Numbered from the stretch's first letter, positions 16,108 to 27,442 are shown. The stretch: DNA of 64,000 bases from an uncultured Gammaproteobacteria bacterium (GCA_964503955.1 CAZDCG010000002.1:141047-205046); one strand, 5' to 3'. The notes: generated by a model not told the origin, from the letters alone. Numbers and translations: made by a program.

Positions 16108-19080
16108 ATGCCGGTGAAAAAAACAACGTCAAAAAAAACCAAAGCAGCAAAACCGAAAAAATCATCCGCCACAAAGAAGCGGAAGATTTCTGCTGTGAAA
16201 CCGGCGTCAAAGAAAACAACTGCCAAGAAAGCACCGGTCAAAAAGAAGACCAAACCTGCTGCAAAGAAAGCCGCGCTTGCTCGCAAAGAATCGATCAAAC
16301 CGCGCGAGATCAAGCATGCGCATGCGTTTGACGTGCATCAAAAACAGCAAGGCTATCAACGCTCCATTCCCGCTGCCAAACCAGGTGAAGCATTTGAAAT
16401 CGTCAAGAAATTTTCGTTTCCAACCGCGCTTTCCCAGGTTCGCAGCCGCGTTGAACGAGAGCAGCCTTCCGCAACCATGCCGGCCGAGCCATCGCATCGC
16501 ATTGTTGCTCAGCAGATGCCGGAACGGAAACTTTCTCCGTATGTTTTAGATCTCAAACGCGGATTAACCATCATCCAGGCGCACCCGTCTTCGCAAACGG
16601 CAAAGAAACAGCCTCCAAAACTTCAGGAACCGTTTGATCTATTTCGCGAGCAGCCAACCACCTTTGCTCAGAGAATGCGGGCACGGCTCAGTTCGCTGAT
16701 GGCACCGCTGCGCAGGCAAAAGCAAATCAACTTTGTGCCCCTTGACCACAAGTATTTGCCGGGAAGCGCGCTAAAACGGCAGGTGCGTATGTTGAAATGG
16801 AGGGGGACCGGCCTTATTCGTCCGCTTTTTGCTCCATTGCATAAATTGCAGGAAAATAGGCGACAGAAAACGTTGCGATTGCCGTCAAGCTATGGCCAGC
16901 GTTCCATTCAGCCGATCATGAAAACGACACGGTCCGGCCAGCCGATCGCGGTTCGCCATCTTTCAGCAACGCTCGCATCACTGCGCAAAAAACGCGAGCA
17001 GTCCATTATCAACTCCGTTACGGAGCTTTCTTCCGTGATTGCCAAGCCGGCGCGCGCGCCATTATTCAGCCAGCTTTCTTTTGCTAAGGCCGCGGTCCCA
17101 TTCGCCGCATTGGCTATGGTTGTCGCTCTTCCTTTCGGTCTATCATCCATTTCCGAAGCGTTGACCCAGGCGCAGGGTGAAGTATTCGGGGCGACAAATT
17201 CGGCCGTGCGAACCTTGCAGCAGGCGGGGGCAAATGCCCGTTCCATGAATTTTTTGGCGGCAAGCAGCAAATTCTCAGAAGCGGGACAGGCATTCTCCGC
17301 GGCTGGCGCGCTCGTGCAAAATCAGTACGGTAAAACAGCCAAGGTGCTTTCTGTGATGCCGGTGATTGGCAAGAAACTTGATGCCGCGCAGGATTTGCTC
17401 GATGCCGGCAGCCTGCTTTCTTCCGCGGCAAATTTATTATCGCAAGGAGTGGCGTCCTTTACCGATGGCCAGCACTTTTTAAGCGAACAGGCTGCCACCT
17501 ATAAGCTTGAATACCTCTTTGTGCGTCTTCAGGAAGCAAAACCGGCTATCAAACAGGCCGCAGGGTTGCTTGCCGGGATTGATCCGTCTATCTTGCCCGA
17601 TGAAATGCGTCCTGATGTTGAGCGGCTGCAGCAGGCCCTTCCGGAGGTGAATCGCCAGTTTGACCAATTCGAATCTTTGGCGGCTCCTCTCCTTGCATTC
17701 CTTGGGCATGACCGCATGGAGCGGCATTTGATTCTATTCCAGAATAATACGGAATTGCGCGCGACCGGAGGATTCATGGGGTCCCTTGCGCTTGTCGATA
17801 TTGACCGGGGAGAAATTAAAAATATCGAAATCCCTGGAGGCGGGCCATATGATTTTCAAGGATCTCTCTTTGAAAATATCAAAGCGCCGCGCGCCTTGCA
17901 GCTCATCAACCCGCGGCTTGAATTGCAGGACGCAAATTGGTTTTTTGACTGGCCTACAAGCGCGCGAAAAGTAATGTCGCTTTACGAAAAGGCCGGCGGC
18001 CCAAGCGTTGATTCTGTGATTGCCATCAACACCAATGTTTTGGCTGCTTTGCTTGAATTCGTCGGTCCGGTCTATCTTGCTGACTATGAAAAAGAAATCA
18101 CTGCTGAAAACTTCCGTGAGATCCTGCAAACGCATGTTGAATTTGAATACGACAAACAGCTGAATCAGCCAAAAAAGATCATCGCCGATTTAACGCCGGT
18201 TCTGCTTGAGCGTGTCAAAGAACTTGAAACAGAAAAATACCTCGAGCTTGCGGGCGTGCTTTCAAAGCTTCTGGCACAGCGCGATGTTTTGATCTACCAC
18301 ATGGATGAGGAAGTTCAGGCTGCATTTTCTCAGTATGGCTGGGCTGGTGAAGTGGTTGATGCCGATACGGATTACCTGGCCGTGGTTCATACCAATCTTG
18401 CGGGCGGAAAAACCGACGGCGTGATCAACGACCGCTTCAACTTATCTGTCCATGTCTCCGCAAACGGCATGCTCAAGCATACCTTGACCATTGAACGCGA
18501 ACATACCGGCGTGAAGGGAACGCCGCTTGTGGGGGTGCGTAATGTCGATTATCTGCGCGTTTACGTTCCATACGGCAGCCAATTGATCTCAGCGGAAGGT
18601 TTTGAAACTCCACCAGCGGAATTGTTTGAATTGCCCGGCATTGATTGGAAAGAGGATCCCGATTTGGCCGCTTCCGAGCAGGCGTATCAGCCGCATCCGT
18701 CCGGAGCGGAAATCTATACGGAGTCAGGAAAAACGGTCTTTGCCCATTGGCTTCAGGTTGATCCGGGAACAACCGGCCGCGCCGTACTTGTTTATGAAAC
18801 GCCAAAGCTGATCAGTGACATTGAAATTCCACAGAAGGAGGCTTCCTGGACAGACTGGGTTATCGGGACAGAAAGAGAAACACGCCGAATCCGCCCATAT
18901 CAACTGTATTGGCAAAAACAGCCGGGTGCCTGGGATCCGGAATTGAATATTACGCTGAATTTCCCGCAGCAATGGCAGCTGCAAGCGTCAAGCGAATATA
19001 TGGCTCAGCAGGGAACAGGAACCTGGAAAACATCGGCTGTCATGAAAGGAGATGCTTTGTTCAGCTTCCTCTTCTATTGA
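16108..19080 (+). CDS. DUF4012 domain membrane-anchored protein with Lys/Ala-rich N-terminus
   Basis: LFQNNTELRATGGFMGS, QDANWFFDWPTSA, NLAGGKTD, DYLRVYVP.GS, QKQPG. Confidence 0.85.
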   Translation: MPVKKTTSKKTKAAKPKKSSATKKRKISAVKPASKKTTAKKAPVKKKTKPAAKKAALARKESIKPREIKHAHAFDVHQKQQGYQRSIPAAKPGEAFEIVKKFSFPTALSQVRSRVEREQPSATMPAEPSHRIVAQQMPERKLSPYVLDLKRGLTIIQAHPSSQTAKKQPPKLQEPFDLFREQPTTFAQRMRARLSSLMAPLRRQKQINFVPLDHKYLPGSALKRQVRMLKWRGTGLIRPLFAPLHKLQENRRQKTLRLPSSYGQRSIQPIMKTTRSGQPIAVRHLSATLASLRKKREQSIINSVTELSSVIAKPARAPLFSQLSFAKAAVPFAALAMVVALPFGLSSISEALTQAQGEVFGATNSAVRTLQQAGANARSMNFLAASSKFSEAGQAFSAAGALVQNQYGKTAKVLSVMPVIGKKLDAAQDLLDAGSLLSSAANLLSQGVASFTDGQHFLSEQAATYKLEYLFVRLQEAKPAIKQAAGLLAGIDPSILPDEMRPDVERLQQALPEVNRQFDQFESLAAPLLAFLGHDRMERHLILFQNNTELRATGGFMGSLALVDIDRGEIKNIEIPGGGPYDFQGSLFENIKAPRALQLINPRLELQDANWFFDWPTSARKVMSLYEKAGGPSVDSVIAINTNVLAALLEFVGPVYLADYEKEITAENFREILQTHVEFEYDKQLNQPKKIIADLTPVLLERVKELETEKYLELAGVLSKLLAQRDVLIYHMDEEVQAAFSQYGWAGEVVDADTDYLAVVHTNLAGGKTDGVINDRFNLSVHVSANGMLKHTLTIEREHTGVKGTPLVGVRNVDYLRVYVPYGSQLISAEGFETPPAELFELPGIDWKEDPDLAASEQAYQPHPSGAEIYTESGKTVFAHWLQVDPGTTGRAVLVYETPKLISDIEIPQKEASWTDWVIGTERETRRIRPYQLYWQKQPGAWDPELNITLNFPQQWQLQASSEYMAQQGTGTWKTSAVMKGDALFSFLFY

Positions 19081-19096
19081 TCTTTACTCCGTATCT

Positions 19097-21145
19097 ATGA
19101 GCAAGAAAAAGAAAAAACAAAATCTTCCTGAAGAATCCATTGAAGTGACGAATGAATCAGTTGAGGAGTCTGAAAACGAGCTTGATGCACTGCTTGCTGA
19201 AGAAGAGCCGGAAACGAAAAAAGAGGAGCAGCCTCAGCCTCAAGCAAAACGCAAACCGCGCAAAGGGCTTGGCGAGGAGCTGATCGAAGTCTATGAAGCA
19301 ACCGGAGACGATCTGGGATCAATTACCATGCTTGAGCATAAACGGCGGACCTGGAAACGCATGCTGGTTTGGATTCTCTTGTTTCTTTTGGCTGTTTTTA
19401 TCGGTGTTGCTGCCGTTTCCTGGTTTATCTGGGGCGGAAGGCAGGCCTTTACCGGCGAACAGGTTTTGTTTGAATTGAATGCCCCTGCTGAGCTGGCATC
19501 AGGCTCAAGCGTGGAATTAGCGCTGCATTACGCGAACAGGGAAGATATCAGCTTTCGAAAAGCGGAAGTCGAATTGCGGCTGCCTCCAGGATTCATCTTT
19601 GAATCAGCCGAACCGCAGCCGACGAGCTCGAACAACCTTTGGGATCTCGGAACCGTACCAAGCGGACAGGAAGGAGACATCCTTGTGCGCGGGCGGCTTG
19701 TCGGACGTCCGGAAATGGGCACGACCATTTCAGGATTGTTCCGTTATTGGCCTGCAAATTTCAGCTCGGAATTTGCCGAAATCGCCTCTGCGGAAATCAA
19801 AGTCCTTCCCGTAAAGGCGGAATTCCGCCTGGAGGCTCCTGATCAGGTGCTTGTGGGCCAGAAAACATCGCTTTCCGCTATCCTTGCAAATCCTACCGAA
19901 GAACCAATGCATAATTTGCGCATCGAACCTATTTATCCGGAAAACTTCATTATTGAATCGTCAAATCCGGAGCTTGATGAAAAGGGATTGTGGATCATCC
20001 CTGAGGTAAAGGCAAATGAAGAACGCGAATTTCAGATCGATGGATACTTTTCTTCGGCTGAAATGGGAGAAACAGAATTGATTGTTCTGCTTGCACAGCA
20101 AGGCCGCGACCAGGATTATTTCCAGCAAAAAGAGCAGCGCCAGGAAGTCCGGCTAATTCAAGGAGATCTCTTGGCGCAATTGATTGTCAACGGCGCGAGC
20201 AAGGACAGTACGATCCAATGGGGGGAAACACTCAATGGCAGCATCAATTTCAGGAATAACAGCAAAACAACGTTGGGAGATATTACGGCCGTTGTGACCA
20301 TTGAGTCACGCTATCGTTCCCAGGACGCAGAGAGAGCCAGCGCGGGAGCCGTCGATTTTTCCACGTTGGTTGATGCGGCCCGCGGAAGCGTCAAACAGCT
20401 TGAAGCGGTTGATACCAAGACATTGCATCGGCGCTCCATTACCTGGACAGGAGACGACGTGGCCACGCTTGCATTGCTTGAGCCGGATGAAGAAGGCGAG
20501 CTGAATTTTCAGGTGGCTTTATTAGATGCCCAGCGGGCGATTGACCGGCTTGCTCATCCTGAAGACGTGGAAATTGTGATGCAGGTGCAGATGATTGTCG
20601 CAAAAACAGGCGATATCAAAGAAGAGTTAACCGTTTCGGCCAATCCAATTACATTCAAGCTGAATACGGACCTGGTTTTTGACGCGCATGTCCGTTATTA
20701 CGCGGATAATGGCGAACAGCTTGGTTATGGCCCGCTGCCTCCAAAAGTAGGAGAGGAAACCGTCTATCACGTTGTCTGGCGGCTTGAAAACAGTATTCAT
20801 GAAGTGGAACATATTGTCGCCAGCGTCCAGCTGCCAAGCGGGGTTTCGTGGAAGAATGTCTATGAAGTGAGCGCCGGCGAGGTGAAATTCTCCGCGTCCA
20901 CCAATGAACTGACCTGGACGCTGAACCGCTTGCCGGTCGACGTGCCTAGCGCCACGCTTGAATTCGAGCTTGGACTGCGGCCAACCGCAAGTCAGATCGG
21001 TGAAATTGCAAGCCTTACGAAGAAAATTACCATGACCGCCAAAGACAGCGTCACGGGCGGCAGTATCATTCAAACCGCCTTGCCGCTTACCACCGGCGTT
21101 GATCGCGACAAAGAGGCTTCGGACAAAGGCATTGTCGTGGAATAA
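19097..21145 (+). CDS. Large membrane-anchored protein with Ig-like (DUF11-like) repeats
   Basis: Acidic N-terminus, single TM, WDLGTV.SG.EG repeats, GPLPPKVGEETVY.V.W. Confidence 0.7.
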   Translation: MSKKKKKQNLPEESIEVTNESVEESENELDALLAEEEPETKKEEQPQPQAKRKPRKGLGEELIEVYEATGDDLGSITMLEHKRRTWKRMLVWILLFLLAVFIGVAAVSWFIWGGRQAFTGEQVLFELNAPAELASGSSVELALHYANREDISFRKAEVELRLPPGFIFESAEPQPTSSNNLWDLGTVPSGQEGDILVRGRLVGRPEMGTTISGLFRYWPANFSSEFAEIASAEIKVLPVKAEFRLEAPDQVLVGQKTSLSAILANPTEEPMHNLRIEPIYPENFIIESSNPELDEKGLWIIPEVKANEEREFQIDGYFSSAEMGETELIVLLAQQGRDQDYFQQKEQRQEVRLIQGDLLAQLIVNGASKDSTIQWGETLNGSINFRNNSKTTLGDITAVVTIESRYRSQDAERASAGAVDFSTLVDAARGSVKQLEAVDTKTLHRRSITWTGDDVATLALLEPDEEGELNFQVALLDAQRAIDRLAHPEDVEIVMQVQMIVAKTGDIKEELTVSANPITFKLNTDLVFDAHVRYYADNGEQLGYGPLPPKVGEETVYHVVWRLENSIHEVEHIVASVQLPSGVSWKNVYEVSAGEVKFSASTNELTWTLNRLPVDVPSATLEFELGLRPTASQIGEIASLTKKITMTAKDSVTGGSIIQTALPLTTGVDRDKEASDKGIVVE

Positions 21146-21167
21146 GGCAAAAATGCATACGGCATGA

Positions 21168-21200
21168 GAGGCTCACAGAGAAATATCTGTGAGTCTTTTG
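21168..21200 (+). terminator. Intrinsic terminator
   Basis: AGGCTCACAGA...TCTGTGAGTCT followed by TTT. Confidence 0.6.
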
Positions 21201-21245
21201 CGTAAACCGTCTCCTTTACCGCTGCTCTGGCAAGGGCTGGAAATG

Positions 21246-21266
21246 CCTTGCCTGCCGGCAGGCAGG
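21246..21266. repeat. Short palindrome of CCTGCCTGCCGGCAGGCAGG type
   Basis: TGCCTGCCGGCAGGCA perfect palindrome core; related sequence at 7551-7584. Confidence 0.6.
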
Positions 21267-21284
21267 TCTGATAACATCTGGTAA

Positions 21285-22415
<1,131 letters not shown>

Positions 22416-22416
22416 T

Positions 22417-23109
22417 ATGGCGCAAAAAGAGATTTGGGAAAATGAGTATAAACAAGCCAAGCTTGTGTCGCTTGATGACAAACCTCAGGCGTTTTTAAGC
22501 CGGTATTTGCGCAAATACCGTTTCAAATCCGGCTTGGAATTTTCGGAATGGACGGTTCTTGATCTTGGCTGCGGAACAGGAAGAAATGCCAATTACCTCG
22601 CGTCTAAAGGAGCGAACGTGACCGGTATTGAGATCTCCTCGGAGGCTTTGCGTTTGGCCAAAGAACGCGCCAAAGAAAAAGGCGTGCAAGTGCGCTATCT
22701 TGAGCAAAGCATTGGCGAGCCATATCCGGTTGAAGACGAAAGCGTGGACGTGATTCTTGATATTACCTCGTCAAACTCGCTGAATGAAGCAGAGCGCGAT
22801 ATTTATCTGAAAGAATGCCATAGGGTCTTAAAACCTGCCGGCGTGCTCTTCGTCCGCGGCCTTTGCCTTGAGGGTGATAAAAACGCCAAGAATCTTTTAA
22901 AGCTCTTTCCTGGCCCCGAGCCGATGACCTATGTCATGCCCAAAACCGGCATTGTTGAGCGGGTATTTACCGAGCATGATCTGCGCAAGCGCTATGGGCA
23001 ATTTTTTTATGTGAAATCGTTTGACAAGGCGGTCACCTATACACCGTTTGAGGGCCAGCCGTATAAACGCTGTTTTTTCTTTGCCTGGCTAACCAAAAAG
23101 GAGCTTTGA
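22417..23109 (+). CDS. Class I SAM-dependent methyltransferase
   Basis: VLDLGCGTGRN, RVLKPAG. Confidence 0.88.
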   Translation: MAQKEIWENEYKQAKLVSLDDKPQAFLSRYLRKYRFKSGLEFSEWTVLDLGCGTGRNANYLASKGANVTGIEISSEALRLAKERAKEKGVQVRYLEQSIGEPYPVEDESVDVILDITSSNSLNEAERDIYLKECHRVLKPAGVLFVRGLCLEGDKNAKNLLKLFPGPEPMTYVMPKTGIVERVFTEHDLRKRYGQFFYVKSFDKAVTYTPFEGQPYKRCFFFAWLTKKEL

Positions 23110-23126
23110 TGCTATACTGATTGTCT

Positions 23127-24401
23127 ATGGATCAGACAATCCCAATCTTTTCCGTCACGCAATTCAATGAAATGGTCAATTCCGTTTTGACGGAAATGCG
23201 CGTATGGGTGAAGGGGGAAATCAGCGGATATCGCGTCAGCCAGGGCAAATGGGTGACATTCGATCTCAAAGACGAGGGGAGCAAGGTCAATTGTTTCATG
23301 ACCACTTACCAGCTTGACCAGCAGCTTGAAGACGGCATGGAGGTGAAAGTCTTTGGTAATCCCCGCATTTACGTTCCCTACGGCAAATACAGCTTCACCG
23401 TTCAGCGTGTAGAGCCTGTGGGGGAAGGGGCGCTCATGCGTGCCTTTCTCTTGACCAAGGCGAAACTTGAAGAGGAGGGGATTTTTTCGCCCGAGCATAA
23501 AAAGCCGATTCCTCGTTTTCCTGAGACCATCGGAATTGTGACTTCCCAAGAGGCGGCCGCCTATACGGATTTTCTGCGTATTTTAAACAACCGCTGGGGA
23601 GGCGTAAGCGTCACCTTGCGGCCAGTGCTTGTGCAGGGGAATAATGCGCCCGGCGAGATTGTGGAAGCCATTGAGTGGTTCAACAAATACCACCCGGTAG
23701 ACGTTCTTGTGGTAACAAGAGGAGGCGGATCGCTTGAAGACTTGCAGGCCTTTAACAGCGAATCTGTTTGCCGAGCAATTTTTGCTTCAAAGATTCCCGT
23801 TGTCTGCGGAGTAGGGCATGAGCGCGATACGACCCTCGCCGAACTTGCCGCCGACGTGCGTGCTTCAACGCCGTCGAATGCGGCCGAACGCGTGGTTCCT
23901 GACAGACAGGAAATTCTTTGGCAGCTTGAGCAGGCGCAAAAGTCCATGAATGACTGTCTTGTCTCAAAGACAAGCGAGCATCATTGGAATCTGGATCATT
24001 TCCTTTCAAGAATGGAGCATACGCTGCAGATCCGTTTCCGCAATTTCGCGCAGCTTGAGCATGAATTGCATCTGGCCTTTCAAGGCCATCGCCGCAAGCT
24101 TGACTTGCTGGCAGAACGATTGCAGATTGTCCGGGAGAGGCTGGAGCAAAGGATGGGCTCGCTTTTGTCTGGCTATAGACAGCAGCTTAGGCATCATACG
24201 CAGCTTCTAAGCACGCTAAGCCCAAAAGAGGTGGTAAAACGCGGCTATAGCATCACCCGCCTGGCCAATGGCAAAGTTCTGTCTTCGGTGAAGCAGATTC
24301 AGTCTGGCCAGACAATCCAAACTGAACTGGCTGACGGATCCGTCTTCTCTGAGGTACAATCTAAGGGTAAAAAGCCCATTGAGAATGGAAGACTATTTTG
24401 A
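23127..24401 (+). CDS. xseA: Exodeoxyribonuclease VII large subunit
   Basis: WVKGEIS, RGGGSLEDLQAFN, GVGHERD, ASTPSNAAE, LSP...KRGYS. Confidence 0.96.
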   Translation: MDQTIPIFSVTQFNEMVNSVLTEMRVWVKGEISGYRVSQGKWVTFDLKDEGSKVNCFMTTYQLDQQLEDGMEVKVFGNPRIYVPYGKYSFTVQRVEPVGEGALMRAFLLTKAKLEEEGIFSPEHKKPIPRFPETIGIVTSQEAAAYTDFLRILNNRWGGVSVTLRPVLVQGNNAPGEIVEAIEWFNKYHPVDVLVVTRGGGSLEDLQAFNSESVCRAIFASKIPVVCGVGHERDTTLAELAADVRASTPSNAAERVVPDRQEILWQLEQAQKSMNDCLVSKTSEHHWNLDHFLSRMEHTLQIRFRNFAQLEHELHLAFQGHRRKLDLLAERLQIVRERLEQRMGSLLSGYRQQLRHHTQLLSTLSPKEVVKRGYSITRLANGKVLSSVKQIQSGQTIQTELADGSVFSEVQSKGKKPIENGRLF

Positions 24402-24470
24402 TTTAGGTTATAGGCTCTCGTTTGCAGGTGAACGTTCGGCCTATAAACGACAACCTACAAACTAAAACCT
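24402..24470. repeat. Inverted arrays of degenerate 7-mer between xseA and xseB
   Basis: TTAGGTTATAGGCTCTCGTTTGCAGGT facing GCCTATAAACGACAACCTACAAACTAAAACCT. Confidence 0.65.
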
Positions 24471-24476
24471 TGTATT

Positions 24477-24692
24477 ATGGCTAAACCTAAATTTCAATTC
24501 GGACAAGCATTCGACCGCCTTGGCAAAATCGTTGAGCGGCTGGAATCCGGCAATGTGGATCTTGATGAAGCATTGAAAGAGTATGAAGAGGGGCTCAAGC
24601 TCGTTCAGCAATGTAAAAAGCAGCTTGCCGAAGTTGAAAATAAAGTGAAGGTTATTCGTGATAAATACATCGGAGAAGACGAAGAAGCATAA
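24477..24692 (+). CDS. xseB: Exodeoxyribonuclease VII small subunit
   Basis: F..AF.RL..IV..LE.G...LDEAL..YEEG.KL...C...L..VE. Confidence 0.93.
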   Translation: MAKPKFQFGQAFDRLGKIVERLESGNVDLDEALKEYEEGLKLVQQCKKQLAEVENKVKVIRDKYIGEDEEA

Positions 24693-24695
24693 GCT

Positions 24696-25775
24696 ATGTC
24701 GTTCACGCTGATCTCGCTCACCGCCTTTTTTTTCACGTTCGCGGCAACGCATTTTGTCCGCCGATTTGCGATCAGCGCCCAAATCATTGACGATCCGAAG
24801 GGAAATAGCCGGAAAGTACATAAAGAGCCGGTTGCTTTGCTTGGGGGCGTGGCCGTCTATTTGGGATTTGTTGTAACGGTAGCGGTAGCTATTCTTGCCG
24901 GTTTGTTGCCGGCCGGTTCCATTTTGCTCAAACATTTGATCGGCCTTTTGCTTGGCGGAGGATGGCTTGTGATCGGTGGTTTTCTGGATGACCGCGATGT
25001 CTTATCTCCGCGCAAACAAATTATCTGGCCGATTTTAGCCGTTTTGACCGTCATCGTCGCGGGTATTGGCATTGAAAGCTTTACGAACCCTTTTGGTGGG
25101 CAATGGTTTTTAAACTCCGTTCAGATTCCGCTTTTTTCGCTTAACGGAATTCCCTACAAAATTACTTTGCTGGCTGATGTCTTTACCTTCATTTGGCTGA
25201 TGGGGCTGATCTACGCGACCAAGTTTTTTGACGGTCTGGACGGGCTTGTTTCAGGCATTACCATTGTCGGGGGGCTGGTTGTCTACTTCACAAGCCTTTT
25301 GCCTAAAATCAATCAGCCCGAAACAGCCATGGTTGCCATTATCGTTGCCGCCTGCTTTGCGGGCTTTCTCGTTTGGAATTTCAACCCGGCCCGTATTTTT
25401 CTTGGCGAATCCGGCAGCACCTTGGCCGGATTTCTCATCGGTTCATTGGCGATTATTGCCGAAAGCAAAGTTATTACCACCTTTGTGGTATTGGCTCTGC
25501 CTATTCTTGATCTAATCTGGGTGGTTTCACGGCGTCTGTTTTGGGAGAAAACCTCTCCGGTGCTGGCCGACCGCAAACATATTCATCATCGGCTGCTTGA
25601 CGCGGGCTTTAGCCATCGCGGAGCGGTTTTGCTGCTCTACGCGTGGACGGTGGTTTTAGGTATTGCCGCGTGGATTTATCAAATTCATCAGCAGCCGCTT
25701 ATTTTAGCCGGAGCGCTGCTCTCAATCATCGCGTTCGCGGTTTATATAGTAAGGGCCGCCCGCAAACAGGTATGA
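24696..25775 (+). CDS. MraY/WecA/TagO family undecaprenyl-phosphate sugar-1-phosphate transferase
   Basis: RKVH...VALLGG, GFLDD, FDGLDGL, NFNPARIFLGESGS, DRKHIHHRL. Confidence 0.92.
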   Translation: MSFTLISLTAFFFTFAATHFVRRFAISAQIIDDPKGNSRKVHKEPVALLGGVAVYLGFVVTVAVAILAGLLPAGSILLKHLIGLLLGGGWLVIGGFLDDRDVLSPRKQIIWPILAVLTVIVAGIGIESFTNPFGGQWFLNSVQIPLFSLNGIPYKITLLADVFTFIWLMGLIYATKFFDGLDGLVSGITIVGGLVVYFTSLLPKINQPETAMVAIIVAACFAGFLVWNFNPARIFLGESGSTLAGFLIGSLAIIAESKVITTFVVLALPILDLIWVVSRRLFWEKTSPVLADRKHIHHRLLDAGFSHRGAVLLLYAWTVVLGIAAWIYQIHQQPLILAGALLSIIAFAVYIVRAARKQV

Positions 25776-26233
25776 AATGGTTTACCATCGGCTTGTTGAT
25801 TGTCTGTCTCATCATCGCGGCTGTTTTTCTCTATCAGCGTCATCTGGCCGCGCAGAGCGAAAAATCTTTGCTTATCAGCGTGGGGGCGAAAGCAGTGTAC
25901 AGAGTGGAGGTCCGCGATACTATTCTTGGCCGCGCGCAGGGATTGTCCGGCAGGCCGGAATTGGCGCAAGACGCTGCCATGCTCTTTATTTTCGATCAGC
26001 CGACCGCGCAGTCATTCTGGATGAAGGATATGCAATTTCCTCTTGATATTCTCTGGATCCGCAATTTCGAGGTGATCGGCTATGAGGAACATATTCCGCA
26101 CCCGGCTGCGAATAATGGTGAAATTGCGAGAATGTATTCTCGTGAACCGGCGGATATGGTTTTAGAGATCAATGCGGGGGAAATCGCGCGGACCGGGATC
26201 AAGATCGGGGATAGGGTGGAATTAACTCGCTAG
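25772..26233 (+). CDS. DUF192 domain protein
   Basis: GLSGR..L....MLFIF.......FWMKDMQFPLDILWI...VLEINAG. Confidence 0.9.
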   Translation: MKWFTIGLLIVCLIIAAVFLYQRHLAAQSEKSLLISVGAKAVYRVEVRDTILGRAQGLSGRPELAQDAAMLFIFDQPTAQSFWMKDMQFPLDILWIRNFEVIGYEEHIPHPAANNGEIARMYSREPADMVLEINAGEIARTGIKIGDRVELTR

Positions 26234-26255
26234 ACTAAACGAACTGACATAATTT

Positions 26256-26295
26256 GTTAACGTGTTAACGGGTTCACGAGTTAACGTGTTTACGA
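26256..26295. repeat. Degenerate 8-mer tandem array (GTTAACG)
   Basis: GTTAACGTGTTAACGGGTTCACGAGTTAACGTGTTTACG. Confidence 0.7.
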
Positions 26296-26392
26296 CCTCC
26301 ATGAAGTACGAGAGAGCGAGTTTTAACATAACATGATTTCTGCTATACTTTGTGAAAAGCGCCGTCGTTTTACCGAGGCGCTTTATTTTTTG

Positions 26393-26897
26393 GATCTCAC
26401 CCCCTGGCCCCCTCTCTTCGGAAGAGAGGGGGAGGGAGCATCTTATGGAGGATATGCATAATCCTAAAAAGTTCTACTACCGCCGTTCTGATGCAAAAGG
26501 ACGGTTCTTACCCAATGATGAAAAGTTTAAGTATCAGATCCGCTTATTGAGGCAGAATCAAACGAAAGCAGAATTAATGCTCTGGAAGAGGTTAAGAGGG
26601 AAACAGCTCGGTGGATATAAATTCTATCGCCAATTTCCTGTTAATGGGTATGTCTTAGATTTCTTCTGCCGCGGCAAAGATCTGGGAGTCGAGATCGATG
26701 GCTCAATCCATGATTTAAAGGAAGTACAGCAGAAAGACGAATATCGACAAAAATCTCTGGAAGAACTTGGAATCATGGTCGTGCGATTCAGTGATGCTGA
26801 TGTTTATGAGCGCATTGATGAAGTCCTTCAAAAAATCCTAGAAACGCTAGAAATGCGTTAACCCCTCCCTTTTGAAGGGAGGGGAAGGGGTGAGATC
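26393..26897. mobile_element. Putative small nuclease element: DUF559 gene between inverted hairpin repeats
   Basis: GATCTCACCCC (26393)/GGGGTGAGATC (26887) inverted termini, each next to a CCCCTC...GAGGGG hairpin. Confidence 0.5.
26445..26861 (+). CDS. DUF559 (Vsr-like) endonuclease domain protein
   Basis: LR.NQT.AE..LW..LR...LGG.KF.RQ...GY.LDF.C......EIDG.IH. Confidence 0.92.
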   Translation: MEDMHNPKKFYYRRSDAKGRFLPNDEKFKYQIRLLRQNQTKAELMLWKRLRGKQLGGYKFYRQFPVNGYVLDFFCRGKDLGVEIDGSIHDLKEVQQKDEYRQKSLEELGIMVVRFSDADVYERIDEVLQKILETLEMR

Positions 26898-26905
26898 TTC
26901 TCCGC

Positions 26906-26934
26906 TTGACATTTCCCTCTCAATCCAGTATTCT
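26906..26934 (+). promoter_or_regulatory. Sigma70 promoter of rplU
   Basis: TTGACA-17 bp-TATTCT. Confidence 0.6.
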
Positions 26935-27009
26935 AATCACACTTAATCGACCTTGTGCGGGCAGCCAAGCCTTTCTTAAGAAAGCGCCTGCAGAAGTCTT
27001 TTTGTTTCT

Positions 27010-27333
27010 ATGAGCAAAATTGCTGTCATCAAAACCGGAGGAAAGCAGTACAAAGTAAAAGAAAACGATGTACTCAAGATTGAAAAACTGAATGTGGAAG
27101 AAGGGAAAGACGTGTCTTTTGACCAGGTTCTGCTTGTGGCCGATGAAAACGGAACAAGCGCAACCGTTGGAACACCGCTTGTTGAGAAGGCAAAGGTTTC
27201 TGCGACCGTTGTTGAACAGGGAAGAGCGGAAAAGATCAACGTCATCAAATATAAGGCAAAAACCCGCTACGCGAAGAAATACGGCCATCGCCAGCCGTAC
27301 ACAAAGGTGAAGATCACCAAAATTGCGGCATAA
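27010..27333 (+). CDS. rplU: 50S ribosomal protein L21
   Basis: AVIKTGGKQYKV...GHRQPYT. Confidence 0.97.
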   Translation: MSKIAVIKTGGKQYKVKENDVLKIEKLNVEEGKDVSFDQVLLVADENGTSATVGTPLVEKAKVSATVVEQGRAEKINVIKYKAKTRYAKKYGHRQPYTKVKITKIAA

Positions 27334-27351
27334 TCGTGCACGCATAAATCG

Positions 27352-27378
27352 GCTCCCGGTCCTCCCGGGAGCTTTTTC
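27352..27378 (+). terminator. Intrinsic terminator after rplU
   Basis: GCTCCCGG-TCCTC-CCGGGAGC-TTTTT. Confidence 0.75.
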
Positions 27379-27442
27379 ATTGCTGGGTTTGTCAAAGCAA
27401 GGGCTCTGGGCTATGCTTGCTCTGGGCGAACAGGAGGGGTTC

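Noticed and set aside
27010-27333. rplU without adjacent rpmA as evidence of L27 loss
   Set aside because: rpmA may lie elsewhere in the genome; this cannot be judged from one window.
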